Assembly (NCBI GenBank): GCA_964344775.1
Contig: CAYFOO010000002.1
Span: 15 to 64,014 of the forward strand
Length of the DNA stretch: 64,000 nucleotides
Reading direction: 5' to 3'
DNA from: an uncultured Candidatus Peribacteria bacterium
GTDB taxonomy: Bacteria; Patescibacteriota; Gracilibacteria; UBA4473
Made by a program: the position numbers and the translations under genes. Below the pieces are notes generated by a model that was not told the origin of the DNA, did not search any database, and was given only the letters and a program-made list of their open reading frames with translations. Position 1 is the stretch's first letter. The number at the start of each line of letters is the position of its first letter. Shown here piece after piece: positions 27,999 to 37,956 of the stretch.

Positions 27999-28505
27999 TT
28001 ATTGGAACTCCGGGGGGAGAGCGGCTGGATTACCATATACTCGTACCGCCATTCGGGTGCTGAGTCGGACAAACCAGTATCCCCATCGTTTTCGGAGTGT
28101 TTTTTTTGCCACTACGATACCTCCGATCATATCTTCTGGTGCTACATCTTTTGGCACAGTCATTTTGAAAGGAATGACTACACTTTCTCCTGGTTTGAGG
28201 CGAACTTTGCTTTGAGCTAGTTGTACCCAAGATCCGAGACCAGTCATTTCAGCTGTTTCCAGCTTGAGGCCAAATCCTCCAATAGCTGAAGGAAAATAAT
28301 CTGCTGCGTAAATAGCTGCGTCAACTGGAGTAGTGTATCTATTTGTTACGGTAATAGAATCTTGGATACTATCCCCTGGCTGAAGATTGTAATTGAACCA
28401 GCCAGTGCTGTCTACTGGATTAGTTGGGCGTCCTCCGAGGTAAGCGAAGGTAGAGCTGACAAAAAGCATGCTCATGGTCATAAGAAGTACAAATAATTTT
28501 TTCAT
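27999..28505 (-). CDS. short DUF916-like secreted protein (N-terminal domain only)
   Basis: Signal peptide. GWFNYNLQPGDSIQDSITVTN..GGFGLKLETAEMTGLGSWVQL..LKPGESVVIPFKMTVPKD..IGGIVV is parallel to the N-terminal halves of 28926 and 30125. Confidence 0.7.
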   Translation of the reverse strand: MKKLFVLLMTMSMLFVSSTFAYLGGRPTNPVDSTGWFNYNLQPGDSIQDSITVTNRYTTPVDAAIYAADYFPSAIGGFGLKLETAEMTGLGSWVQLAQSKVRLKPGESVVIPFKMTVPKDVAPEDMIGGIVVAKKTLRKRWGYWFVRLSTRMAVRVYGNPAALPPEFQ

Positions 28506-28925
28506 GGTTAGAAAAGGATTAAAAAATAAATTTTAAAAAAATAAAAAAGTGATTGATATTTCTTTTTATTTTTTTGTTCTTGGAAGGCCTTTTTCCAAAT
28601 TTTGTAGTCCCGAGCTCGAATATTTTCGAGGGGAACCAAAGCTTGTGTACTGTTTATATACAAAATGGACACAAATGTCAAATCTTTTTTTGTTAATACT
28701 TGGTAAAAACCTTGTTTTTTGGCTTAAGAAAGAGGAAAAAATTGGTTGAAAAAAATCTAGTATCTTCAACCAAAAACCCCTCTATCCTATTTTTTCGACA
28801 AGTATCTCCCCCTGTCAGGGGAGAAGAAGCGGGAATAAAAAAACTTTTGCTTTTTTCCCTCTGGGGCCCTAAACTTGCTTTTGCACTTTTTGTGTATTTT
28901 CTTGTTTCTTTAACCAAAATTAAAA

Positions 28926-30074
28926 ATGAAAATGAAAAATCTGTTTCGTAGTGGGGTCGTATTATTGGGGATGTTTACTTTATTAGCTTCCCAGGTGTTT
29001 GCTTATGGAGGGGTAGGAGGAGCCCCACTCGTGTCGCTCGATCCGACCAAGAAAGGCTGGTTTGTCTATCAGCTTGGTCCAGGAGAGAGCTATGATGATA
29101 CATTTGTGGTGAGAAATACTTCAGATAAACCTTGGATTGCCGTGGTGTACCCGGCTGATCAATCTCCGGCTTCTGGAGGAGGATTTGCCCTGAAACAAAA
29201 AGGGGCAGAAATGACAGGAGTTGGAAGTTGGACCAAAATGGAAGGAGCAGATGAAAATGGGATTGTAGAAGTGTTATTGGAACCAGGAGAACAAAAACTT
29301 ATTCCTTTTACCATCACTATTCCCAATGATGCCGAAGTAGGAGAAATGGCGGGAGCTGTTATGGTAGAAAAAAAAGACCCGGCAACAGCAGAAAGTCCAA
29401 AGTTTAATTCTGGACGGGCAGGGGTGGTATTGAGCATGCGTACAGGGACTCGGATATACAATACCGTACCAGGGAATATTAACGAAGAATTAGTTGTGGT
29501 ATCGGGAGAGTTTCTTAAAAAGGGAGAATTAAATGGGATGACGCAGTATTTGTTATCTTATGATATCGAAAATAAAGGTTCAATTTCTACCAACGCAAAA
29601 ATGGTGACTACCGCAAAAAATGCTTGGCGGGGAGATGAGGTTTTTTATGATACCGCCGAGGAACCGCCAGAGTTTATAGTTTCTCCAGATACTACTTTTG
29701 ACTACAATGGACGAATTTTGATGCCAAAATTTGGAAAAATAGAAGTCGCTTCAAAAGTGTTTATGGTGGACCGAAAAGGAGAAGAAACACAAATTGCTGA
29801 AGAATATTTCTCTGTCATTATAATTCCTTGGAAAGAGGTTGGATTGGGGGTATTGGTGATTGCCCTTATTGTTCTTTTCTTCATTTGGAGAAAAAGAAAG
29901 TATAGTGGCAAGGGGTGGAATGGTTATACGATAAAAACCGGAGATACTATTACGGCATTAGCAGAACAACACGGGATTGATTGGAAATTTTTGGCCAAGG
30001 TAAATCGGATCAAAACTCCATATATTTTAAATAAAGGGGATAAAATTCTTGTCCCACCAAAAAAGAAAAAATAG
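28926..30074 (+). CDS. DUF916/DUF3324-like cell-surface protein with TM anchor and C-terminal LysM
   Basis: Signal peptide. GWFVYQLGPGESYDDTFVVRN..GGGFALKQKGAEMTGVGSW..LEPGEQKLIPFTITIPND..GEMAGAVMV. TM VGLGVLVIALIVLFFIW, then RKRKYSGK, then LysM (YTIKTGDTITALAEQHGIDWKFLAKVNRI..GDKILVP). Confidence 0.75.
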   Translation: MKMKNLFRSGVVLLGMFTLLASQVFAYGGVGGAPLVSLDPTKKGWFVYQLGPGESYDDTFVVRNTSDKPWIAVVYPADQSPASGGGFALKQKGAEMTGVGSWTKMEGADENGIVEVLLEPGEQKLIPFTITIPNDAEVGEMAGAVMVEKKDPATAESPKFNSGRAGVVLSMRTGTRIYNTVPGNINEELVVVSGEFLKKGELNGMTQYLLSYDIENKGSISTNAKMVTTAKNAWRGDEVFYDTAEEPPEFIVSPDTTFDYNGRILMPKFGKIEVASKVFMVDRKGEETQIAEEYFSVIIIPWKEVGLGVLVIALIVLFFIWRKRKYSGKGWNGYTIKTGDTITALAEQHGIDWKFLAKVNRIKTPYILNKGDKILVPPKKKK

Positions 30075-30124
30075 GCCCTTTGGTAAAACGTTTTTAGTTT
30101 TATCCTTGGACTACAAAGATAAAA

Positions 30125-31249
30125 ATGAAAAAAAATTATTTATTATTCAGTGTAGCAGTGGTTTCTTTTGGCTTTCTTTTTTCCACCGCTTTTGCTATTG
30201 GGGGGGTTGGTGGTGCACCATTGAAGCCTTTGGACCCCAACCATAGAGGATGGTTTATGTACGAATTGGGACCAGGAGCAACTTACAAGGATGTTTTGGT
30301 AGTAAAAAATACCACCAAAAAAGATTGGTTTGTGGATGTGTATCCGGCCGACCAGACCCCTTCTTCTAGTGGAGGGTTTGCCCTGAAACAAAAAGTTGAA
30401 GAAATGACCAGGATGGGAACTTGGATAAAACTTGCAAAAGATCGAGTGTTTGTGAAATCCGGAGGAAGCGTACAAGTTCCTTTTACCATTACTATTCCCA
30501 GAAATGTGGACGTAGGAGAAACGGCTGGGGGGATATTGATGGAAAAAGTTGACCCAAAAAGTCTTCAAAAATCAAGACAAGCCACTCAAGCAGGAGTCCG
30601 GATTTCACTTCGTACGGGGGTGAGAGTTTATAATATTGTTTCCGGAGATATCAAGGAAGAATTAGCAATGACGAAATCTTTTCTCAGGCCTAAAAAAGCT
30701 AGTGATTGGCAAAATGGGCCAATTTATTTCTTCTCACAATCTGTAGAAAATTTGGGAACGATCTCTACCACAGCAAAGTTTATAATCAAAGTGAAAGAAT
30801 TGTGGCAAGATGAAGTTATTTTTGATTCCAGTGAGGAACCAGGAACCTTTTTGATTTCTCCTCAGGATACATTTGATTATAACCAGGACTTACAGCTTCC
30901 GAAATTTGGAAAATTTGAAGTGACTTCAGAAGTTTCCATGATTGATCGGCAGGATGTAGAGAGTTTCATTAATTCAAAAACACATCAAATTATAGTGCTG
31001 CCACTGAAAGAAATAGCCGTGGGAGTAGCGATTATTTTTGTTGTTACTATTTTTATTATTTTGCACCATCGAAAATATAGTGGAAAAGGGTGGGTCGGTT
31101 ATACGGTCAAAGCAAATGATACCATTGCCAGCATTGCTGCTGGGCATGGGATTGATTGGGAGTTTTTGGCTAAGGTAAATCGAATAAAATCTCCTTATAT
31201 ACTTGAAAAGGGTGGTAAAATAGTTGTTCCTCCAAAAAAGAAAAAATAA
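30125..31249 (+). CDS. DUF916/DUF3324-like cell-surface protein with TM anchor and C-terminal LysM (paralog)
   Basis: Same architecture as 28926. The tail after the TM helix is about 75% identical by eye. Confidence 0.75.
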   Translation: MKKNYLLFSVAVVSFGFLFSTAFAIGGVGGAPLKPLDPNHRGWFMYELGPGATYKDVLVVKNTTKKDWFVDVYPADQTPSSSGGFALKQKVEEMTRMGTWIKLAKDRVFVKSGGSVQVPFTITIPRNVDVGETAGGILMEKVDPKSLQKSRQATQAGVRISLRTGVRVYNIVSGDIKEELAMTKSFLRPKKASDWQNGPIYFFSQSVENLGTISTTAKFIIKVKELWQDEVIFDSSEEPGTFLISPQDTFDYNQDLQLPKFGKFEVTSEVSMIDRQDVESFINSKTHQIIVLPLKEIAVGVAIIFVVTIFIILHHRKYSGKGWVGYTVKANDTIASIAAGHGIDWEFLAKVNRIKSPYILEKGGKIVVPPKKKK

Positions 31250-31375
31250 CAAAAAACAATAAAATATTTTTTTATCATCCGAAAAATACAGAAAAAGATT
31301 TGTGTTCGAAAAAATGAGGTGTTAAAATTCAGTTGTTCAACATAGTTTCCTTTATCCTTTTAAAATTATTGAAAA

Positions 31376-32062
31376 ATGAAAAACTTCAAAAAGTTACTGG
31401 CCGCGGCTTCTGTTACTACTCTTTCATTGGGGCTTCTGGCTGGTGTTTATGCTAGCGATCAGACAGAGCTATCAATTACAGTTAATGAAGGAATCCTTAC
31501 GGTTTCCATTGTAGATAATGATGGAAACGTGGTAGCGAGTCCGACTGTTCCTTTTGGTGCTGTAACGACTCAGTTTATTGATCAGGAAACAACTGCTTCT
31601 CTTGGGACGCCGACGGATACATTGGCTTCTGTGACACAGCAAATTCTTTTGGCAAATCCAACCGATACGGAGGCTTGGACCGTGGCTATGGCGGCTACAG
31701 GTGGGCCGACAGCAGAATGGAGTGAGGGGACATTTACCATGGACTTCAATGGTGCAGCTGGGGCAAGTGAAGGGAGATTAACAGTAAACCCACAACACGC
31801 TGATGTAAGAATCCGACAAGCAGAATTTGATCCGACAACAGCAGCTATTACTGGTGAAAACACCAATACTACTGGGATTAGTGCTGGTACGGAAGATACT
31901 TATGATCAAGCAGGAGGGACAAACAGTATTACCCTCTTTAGCTCTACTACCGGAGATGATTATAATGGATATCTGATTCGGGGGATTGAGCTTCGACAAA
32001 ACGTTCCAGCACAACAGGAAGCAGGGAACTACACATTGGATATGACTATCACCGCTACCTAA
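31376..32062 (+). CDS. secreted WxL-like surface protein 3
   Basis: Signal peptide. ELSITVNEGILTVSIVDNDGNVVASPTV, EAWTVAMAATGGPTAEW. C-terminal GNYTLDMTITAT. Confidence 0.7.
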   Translation: MKNFKKLLAAASVTTLSLGLLAGVYASDQTELSITVNEGILTVSIVDNDGNVVASPTVPFGAVTTQFIDQETTASLGTPTDTLASVTQQILLANPTDTEAWTVAMAATGGPTAEWSEGTFTMDFNGAAGASEGRLTVNPQHADVRIRQAEFDPTTAAITGENTNTTGISAGTEDTYDQAGGTNSITLFSSTTGDDYNGYLIRGIELRQNVPAQQEAGNYTLDMTITAT

Positions 32063-32091
32063 GCAGGATAAATTAAAGAAAAAATTGAAAA

Positions 32092-32117
32092 GTCTCGCAT
32101 AGCGGGGCTTTTTTTTA
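32092..32117 (+). terminator. terminator hairpin after the surface locus
   Basis: gtctcgc-ata-gcggggc followed by tttttttt. Confidence 0.6.
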
Positions 32118-32141
32118 TTTAATTTTTGTTATAATGATTTT

Positions 32142-34214
32142 ATGAGTGATTTGAACTCCTTTTTTTCTCCCAAAAACATAGCCGTGGTTGGAGTTTCCAA
32201 TTCTTTATCAAAGCTAGGAACTATTATTTTGAAAAATATTCAAGAAGGAGGATTTAGAGGAGATATTTTTGCAGTGAATCCAAAGTATGCAGGAGAAGCT
32301 CTTTTTGGTGTTTCTTGCGAAGGACAGGTTTCTGACTTCTCCAATTCAATAGACTTGGTAGTGATTGTGGTTCCAGCTAGATTTGTTTCTGCCGTGGTAG
32401 ATGATTGTATACAAAATAAAACCAAGAACATTATTATTATTTCTTCTGGATTTGCTGAGATTGGTGAAACGAAGCTAGAAAAGGAGATTGTTAACAAATG
32501 TCAGCAAAATAAAATTAATCTTCTTGGACCAAATTGTTTGGGAGCGATATTTCCACATGCAAAGATTAACACCAGCTTTTCTGATGGCTTTCCTCTGAAA
32601 GGGAACATTGCGTTTATTTCACAATCTGGAGCGTTTTGTACAGCCATATTAGATTGGGCAGCTCAAAAAGGAATTGGATTTTCTCATTTCATTTCTCTGG
32701 GGAATAAGGCTGGTTTGTCTGAGATTGAGTTCCTAGAAGCTCTGGCTGATGATCCAAAGGTAAAAATTTTTGCTTTGTATCTCGAATCATTGCGAGATGG
32801 GCGGAAATTACTCGATTGTCTCTGTAAAATTACTGAGAAGAAGCCGGTAGTGATCCTAGAACCAGGAAAGAGTGAAAAAGCCAAGACGGCTATGACATCT
32901 CATACAGGTGCCATGACACCGGATTTTCAGGTAGCGAAATCGGCTTTTCGAACTTCTGGAGCAATTCAAGTTTTTTCTATGCGAGCTATGTTTGGAGTTC
33001 TTGAACTTCTACAATTTACTTCCAAGAAAAATCACGGAAAAAATGTAGCAATTTTGACCAATGCGGGAGGGGTGGGGGTTTTGACCACGGATTTATTGAA
33101 AGAAAATAATCTTCTACTTGCTAATTTTTCTACAAAAACAGAAGCACAACTAAAAAAGGTGCTAACTCCCGAAGCCAGTGTAGAAAATCCAGTAGATATC
33201 GTGGGAGATGCCGACGCTGCAAGATATCAAAAAGCCTTAGAGGTTCTTTTGTCTGAAAAAGGGGTGGATCAGATTTTGGTTCTTTTGACCCCTCAGCGGA
33301 CTACCGAGATTGAAAAAACAGCTTTTTTATTAACACGATACGCCAGACGAACAGACAAAAATATTGTCGCTAGTTTTATTGGAGGAGAAAGTGTTAGTTT
33401 TGAAAAAACCATGTTAGAGGCAGGCAAGGTTCCTGTTTTTGATTTTCCGGCGGATGCGATCAAGGTAATGGGGTTTGTCGCTAACTATCGAGAACACCAG
33501 AGTTGTAGTAGGAAACCAAAATTAAAACGAACAAAATCTTTGGAAGCTTTATTTAACCTGGCCAAAAAAGAAAAAACCAAAGTTTTGCCCCAAGAAATGG
33601 TGGATCAGATTGTGGGTTTTTATGGTTTTGATGTTTCAAAATCAGCTCATTTTACAGATTTTCAAAAGGCGAAACAATTTATTGAAAAAATATTTCCGGG
33701 AAAAGCGGTACTTAAAATCAGCTCCCCTCAAGCACTTCACAAGACGGAGATGAAGGGGGTATTTCTCAATATTAATTCAACCGAAAAATTTGAGCATGCC
33801 TGGCAAAGTTTAGAAAAATCGATCCAGTTTTATAAATTGAAAAATGCTCAAATTCAGATTCAAAAGCAAATCGAGGCGGGCACAGAAGTAATTTTGGGCA
33901 TCAATACAGATCCAAACTTTGGGAAAGTGATGCTGTTTGGTTCGGGGGGAATTTATACAGAGATTTATGCAGACACGACCTTGGGCGTATTACCGGTTCA
34001 GAATTTCCAGAAAATGATAGAGACCACCAAGGTTGCTCAAGTTTTAGCTGGAGCACGAGATGATAAACCAAAGGCGGTGAAACAATTAATTCAGACGATG
34101 GAGAAGCTACAGCAGTTGGTTTTAGATTTTCCAGAAATCGATTCGATCGATATGAATCCAGTGATCGTGACGGAAGATCGAGCGGTGTGTGTGGATTTTA
34201 AAGTTCTTTTGTGA
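32142..34214 (+). CDS. acetate--CoA ligase (ADP-forming), fused alpha/beta
   Basis: CoA-binding N-terminus NIAVVGVS, GPNCLG, SQSGA. C-terminal ATP-grasp half. 690 aa. Confidence 0.85.
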   Translation: MSDLNSFFSPKNIAVVGVSNSLSKLGTIILKNIQEGGFRGDIFAVNPKYAGEALFGVSCEGQVSDFSNSIDLVVIVVPARFVSAVVDDCIQNKTKNIIIISSGFAEIGETKLEKEIVNKCQQNKINLLGPNCLGAIFPHAKINTSFSDGFPLKGNIAFISQSGAFCTAILDWAAQKGIGFSHFISLGNKAGLSEIEFLEALADDPKVKIFALYLESLRDGRKLLDCLCKITEKKPVVILEPGKSEKAKTAMTSHTGAMTPDFQVAKSAFRTSGAIQVFSMRAMFGVLELLQFTSKKNHGKNVAILTNAGGVGVLTTDLLKENNLLLANFSTKTEAQLKKVLTPEASVENPVDIVGDADAARYQKALEVLLSEKGVDQILVLLTPQRTTEIEKTAFLLTRYARRTDKNIVASFIGGESVSFEKTMLEAGKVPVFDFPADAIKVMGFVANYREHQSCSRKPKLKRTKSLEALFNLAKKEKTKVLPQEMVDQIVGFYGFDVSKSAHFTDFQKAKQFIEKIFPGKAVLKISSPQALHKTEMKGVFLNINSTEKFEHAWQSLEKSIQFYKLKNAQIQIQKQIEAGTEVILGINTDPNFGKVMLFGSGGIYTEIYADTTLGVLPVQNFQKMIETTKVAQVLAGARDDKPKAVKQLIQTMEKLQQLVLDFPEIDSIDMNPVIVTEDRAVCVDFKVLL

Positions 34215-34312
34215 GTATTTAGTATATGGTATATGGTATGTGGGGATTTGTTTAAAAAGTTTTTAAGAAGATCAATCTTTCCCCATATACGAAATACTAA
34301 ATACCATATACT

Positions 34313-34783
34313 ATGATTATATTAGGTATCGATCCTGGATATGAGCGATGTGGATTTGCAGTTCTGGAGAAGTCCGGCTCACAACTTTCACTGCTGAATT
34401 TTGGGATTATCAAAACCTCTGCTCAAAAAGATTTCAGCAATCGGTTGTTGGAGATTTCTGAGGATTTTCAATCGCTTCTCGATAAATACAAACCGCAGGT
34501 GGTATCGATTGAGGACATCTTTTTCGTTCAAAATGTAACGACGGGGATCAAGGTGGCAGAGGTGCGGGGAGCACTTATTTATCTTGCAAAAAAGCAAGGA
34601 TGCCAGCTTTGTGAACCAAAACCAGTAGAAGTAAAATCTGCTTTCACGGGAAACGGAAAAGCCAGCAAACCAGAGATGCAAAAGATGGCCCAGATGACGT
34701 TTCAGCTTGATCAGACGCCAAAACTTGATGATGCAGCGGATGCGATTGCGGTAGGATTTTGGGCGGTTCAAAACTTTCAGTAA
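34313..34783 (+). CDS. ruvC: crossover junction endodeoxyribonuclease RuvC
   Basis: MIILGIDPGYERCGFAVLE ... DAADAIAVG. Confidence 0.9.
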   Translation: MIILGIDPGYERCGFAVLEKSGSQLSLLNFGIIKTSAQKDFSNRLLEISEDFQSLLDKYKPQVVSIEDIFFVQNVTTGIKVAEVRGALIYLAKKQGCQLCEPKPVEVKSAFTGNGKASKPEMQKMAQMTFQLDQTPKLDDAADAIAVGFWAVQNFQ

Positions 34784-34854
34784 ACAACTAACAACAAACA
34801 ACAATCAGTGAAAGTAATTTGAATTTTAAGTTTTTTGGAGTACATATCTGATTG

Positions 34855-35517
34855 ATGTGGCAATCATTTCTTCAGCTTTTTTATTTTCCTTCGGACATTG
34901 CCGCGGCTTTTCGTGGAGATCCGGCACTGCGGGGCAAAGTCTTTGGCTTTATCGAAGTGTGTATGTATCAGGGGGTGTGGGCGATATTTTTTCATCGGGT
35001 GGCCCATTTTCTTTTTGCCTTTTACATTCCGGTGATTCCGCGGTTTATTTCTCAGGTGAGTCGATTTTTGACTGGGATTGAGATTCATCCAGGGGCACGA
35101 ATTGGTCCTGGATTTTTTATCGATCATGGGATGGGGGTGGTGATCGGAGAGACGGCCGAAATTGGAAAGAATGCTTTGATTTATCACCAGGTCACCCTTG
35201 GAGGAACCAGTTTAAAAGCCGAAAAACGGCATCCCACCCTGGGGAATAATGTATTGATTGGAGCCGGAGCGAAGCTCTTTGGGCCGATCAAGATTGGGAA
35301 TAATACGCAGATCGGAGGGAGTTCTGTGGTGACGAAGGATGTGCCGGCCAATTGTGTCGTGGTGGGGAACCCTGGGCGGATTATCAAACGAAATGGGAAA
35401 AAACTAGTGACCGAAGAACTCGATCAGGTAAATCTTCCAGATCCGATTTTGGAAGAATTGAAGAAAATTGAAGAACGTTTGATCCAACAGTATCATCATC
35501 AAAGTCCGAGGAAGTAG
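34855..35517 (+). CDS. cysE: serine O-acetyltransferase
   Basis: [28 protein letters not shown] hexapeptide-repeat core. Confidence 0.85.
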   Translation: MWQSFLQLFYFPSDIAAAFRGDPALRGKVFGFIEVCMYQGVWAIFFHRVAHFLFAFYIPVIPRFISQVSRFLTGIEIHPGARIGPGFFIDHGMGVVIGETAEIGKNALIYHQVTLGGTSLKAEKRHPTLGNNVLIGAGAKLFGPIKIGNNTQIGGSSVVTKDVPANCVVVGNPGRIIKRNGKKLVTEELDQVNLPDPILEELKKIEERLIQQYHHQSPRK

Positions 35518-35530
35518 GGATAAAATAAAA

Positions 35531-36703
35531 CTAGCTTTTTTGGGGCACACATTTTTTTTGTGTTTGCTCAAAGACACGATGGCAAATGGCTCGAATTTGT
35601 TTTTTTGTAACTATTTCAAAAACTAATTCATAATTTATTTTTTGCTCAGCCAAAGTCGTTTTATCCACGGTTGTATTAGCAATAGATTTTCTCGTTTTTC
35701 TTATTTGATTAAGCCCCTCGAGCACTTTTTTTGCAATTGTTGAACGAATATATAGTGCACATTGGCGGCCAAGAGAAGAATCAATTGAAAAAGAGATGGT
35801 ATTTTTCTTTTCATATTTATGCTTATGAACTGCATCTACAGAATCTGTTACATAACCTGCTACTTCGGGGAATAAATCCAAGGAGGTCCCCAAAGCAATA
35901 TTTTCCAAATACTCTTCGGGAGAAGCATCTTTATCAAGTATTTTTTCTGGAAAAAAATGTTGTGGTTCTTCCATCATCCATCTTCCGACTCGAGCAAGAC
36001 TCTTTTTTTCTAGTTCTGGAAGATCGGTGAAACTATCAGGATTAGGATTTCTTCCACTCAAAACCAGAGCTCTGTTCAAGGTATCAATAATTGTTTTTTT
36101 GCCCCAGTAGGGTCGGAATTGAAAAAGTGCTTCATAATGTGGAGCGGTGGTAGTTCTTTTTTCAGGGGGAGTTTGTTGCCATTCGTATTGATGTAGACAG
36201 AATCTTCCTAGCTCTGCAGCTGGGCCAATAAATTTGTCTAAATCAAATTCTCGTACATCCTCTAGATTTATAGGATCATGCACATGTTTTTTCACTCGTT
36301 TATTCCAGATTTCTCCAACATTGCTATCAAAAACATTAAGTTCCCAGATTTTTATTTGTTCTGGTGAAAGCCAGTCTTTTAATTTAGTTAAAAAATATCT
36401 GTCCAAATGTACTTTTAAAACACGAACCGCATAGGCATTACTTTGATCAAAACTTAACCCGAGTTTTAATCGAAGAAAGAAGCGTTGTAAATTTCTATCA
36501 GAGGTTGAGGGCAAATTTTCTGGTAATAAATTATTTTCTTTTTGTCTTTCAATAATTTTATCGTCCAAACAGACAGGGCTGGATAAAAATACTCCTACAT
36601 CTCTATTTGTTTTTTCCTGTGCTGCAACTACACGATCATCCTTCCAAGTGAGAGAAGGAAGTTTTTCTGGAGGTCGCAGATCTAAATCAAGCTGCTCAGT
36701 CAT
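35531..36703 (-). CDS. hypothetical protein (390 aa)
   Basis: Long ORF, no family recognised. Confidence 0.6.
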   Translation of the reverse strand: MTEQLDLDLRPPEKLPSLTWKDDRVVAAQEKTNRDVGVFLSSPVCLDDKIIERQKENNLLPENLPSTSDRNLQRFFLRLKLGLSFDQSNAYAVRVLKVHLDRYFLTKLKDWLSPEQIKIWELNVFDSNVGEIWNKRVKKHVHDPINLEDVREFDLDKFIGPAAELGRFCLHQYEWQQTPPEKRTTTAPHYEALFQFRPYWGKKTIIDTLNRALVLSGRNPNPDSFTDLPELEKKSLARVGRWMMEEPQHFFPEKILDKDASPEEYLENIALGTSLDLFPEVAGYVTDSVDAVHKHKYEKKNTISFSIDSSLGRQCALYIRSTIAKKVLEGLNQIRKTRKSIANTTVDKTTLAEQKINYELVFEIVTKKQIRAICHRVFEQTQKKCVPQKS

Positions 36704-36792
36704 TTTAATAAAATAATTATAATTAAAAATCTAATTATGTCAATTTTATTCATTGGCCATATCCTCCATTAATACTAAAATCTCAAAAGGCG

Positions 36793-37857
36793 ATGAATTT
36801 TGAATTTTTTGAATTTTCCGAGAAAGAAAAAGGTGCGTGGGATGATTTTGTCATTCATCATCCATACGGCTCTGTGCATCAGATTTCCGATTGGAAATCT
36901 TTCCAAGAAAAAATACCAGGACGGGAGCAAGTTTTTGGATTTGGAGTTCGAGATACAGATTCTGGGGCAATTTTGGCGACCACATTTGCCGTTCGGATGG
37001 AGATGGGCGTACTGGGGAAGTTTTGGTTTTATTCTGCTCGTGGGCCGGTTTTTGATCCAGATCAAAGTCTGGAAGCAGGGATTTTTTTGATCGAACAAGT
37101 TTCCAAAAAACTAAAAGAAGCAGGGGGAGTTTTTTGGCGAATTGATCCGTATTTTTCGGAAAATGATTATCATTTACTTTCAAAAGCGAGATTGGGAAAT
37201 CTCGCTTTCCGGTTTCTTCCTGCCACGCAAAATTATCAACCGGAAAATACCCTGGAGATCGATCTTTCCAAATCTGATGATGAAATTATGGCCGGGATGA
37301 AAAGAAAAGGACGATACAACATTAATTTAGCACGAAAAAAGGGAGTAAAAATAAAAGCGATTTCCGGAAACGAAGTAACCGAAAAAGATATCAACGATTT
37401 TTGGAAGTTGAATAATGAAACCACTACTCGTGACAAATTTGCGAGTCACGGAAAAGATTATTATCAAAACTTTTGTCAGCTGCTTTCCGATTATTCAATT
37501 TTGTTTTTTGCAGAAGCGGAGGATGGCACTCGAATCGCTTCCGCGATTTCTACTTTTTGTGGCAAAAAAGCCATTTATTATTTCGGAGCCTCGACTTCAG
37601 ATCCAGATTATCGAAACTTGATGGCTCCCTACCTGCTCCAGTGGGAGATGATGCAGTACGCCAAAACAAAAGGTTGTACGTCTTATGACTTTCTCGGGAT
37701 TGCTCCAGAAAATGAGCCCAATCATCCGTACGCAGGAATTTCAGAATTCAAATGGAAATTTGGTGGAGAGAGGAAGGTGTATGCTTCAGGGAGAGAGATT
37801 GTTTTTTCATCCTTGTGGTACAATATTTATAAGCTGGCAAAGAGAATTAAAAATTAA
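36793..37857 (+). CDS. FemAB-family peptidoglycan interpeptide-bridge aminoacyltransferase
   Basis: FWRIDPY, MKRKGRYNINLARKKGV, APYLLQWEMMQYAK..YDFLGI. Confidence 0.8.
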   Translation: MNFEFFEFSEKEKGAWDDFVIHHPYGSVHQISDWKSFQEKIPGREQVFGFGVRDTDSGAILATTFAVRMEMGVLGKFWFYSARGPVFDPDQSLEAGIFLIEQVSKKLKEAGGVFWRIDPYFSENDYHLLSKARLGNLAFRFLPATQNYQPENTLEIDLSKSDDEIMAGMKRKGRYNINLARKKGVKIKAISGNEVTEKDINDFWKLNNETTTRDKFASHGKDYYQNFCQLLSDYSILFFAEAEDGTRIASAISTFCGKKAIYYFGASTSDPDYRNLMAPYLLQWEMMQYAKTKGCTSYDFLGIAPENEPNHPYAGISEFKWKFGGERKVYASGREIVFSSLWYNIYKLAKRIKN

Positions 37858-37956
37858 AAGCAAGGGATTTTTACTTTTTTGAAATTTATTTTTATTTGAC
37901 AATTAATAAGTTCTGTGGTACAAATTCTCTGAATTTATTTTTAAGCTTTCCTAAAC

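Noticed and set aside
28549-28951. Four overlapping 66-83-aa ORFs between the divergent DUF916-like genes
   Set aside because: They are mutually overlapping on both strands in an A/T-rich divergent promoter region, with low-complexity translations.
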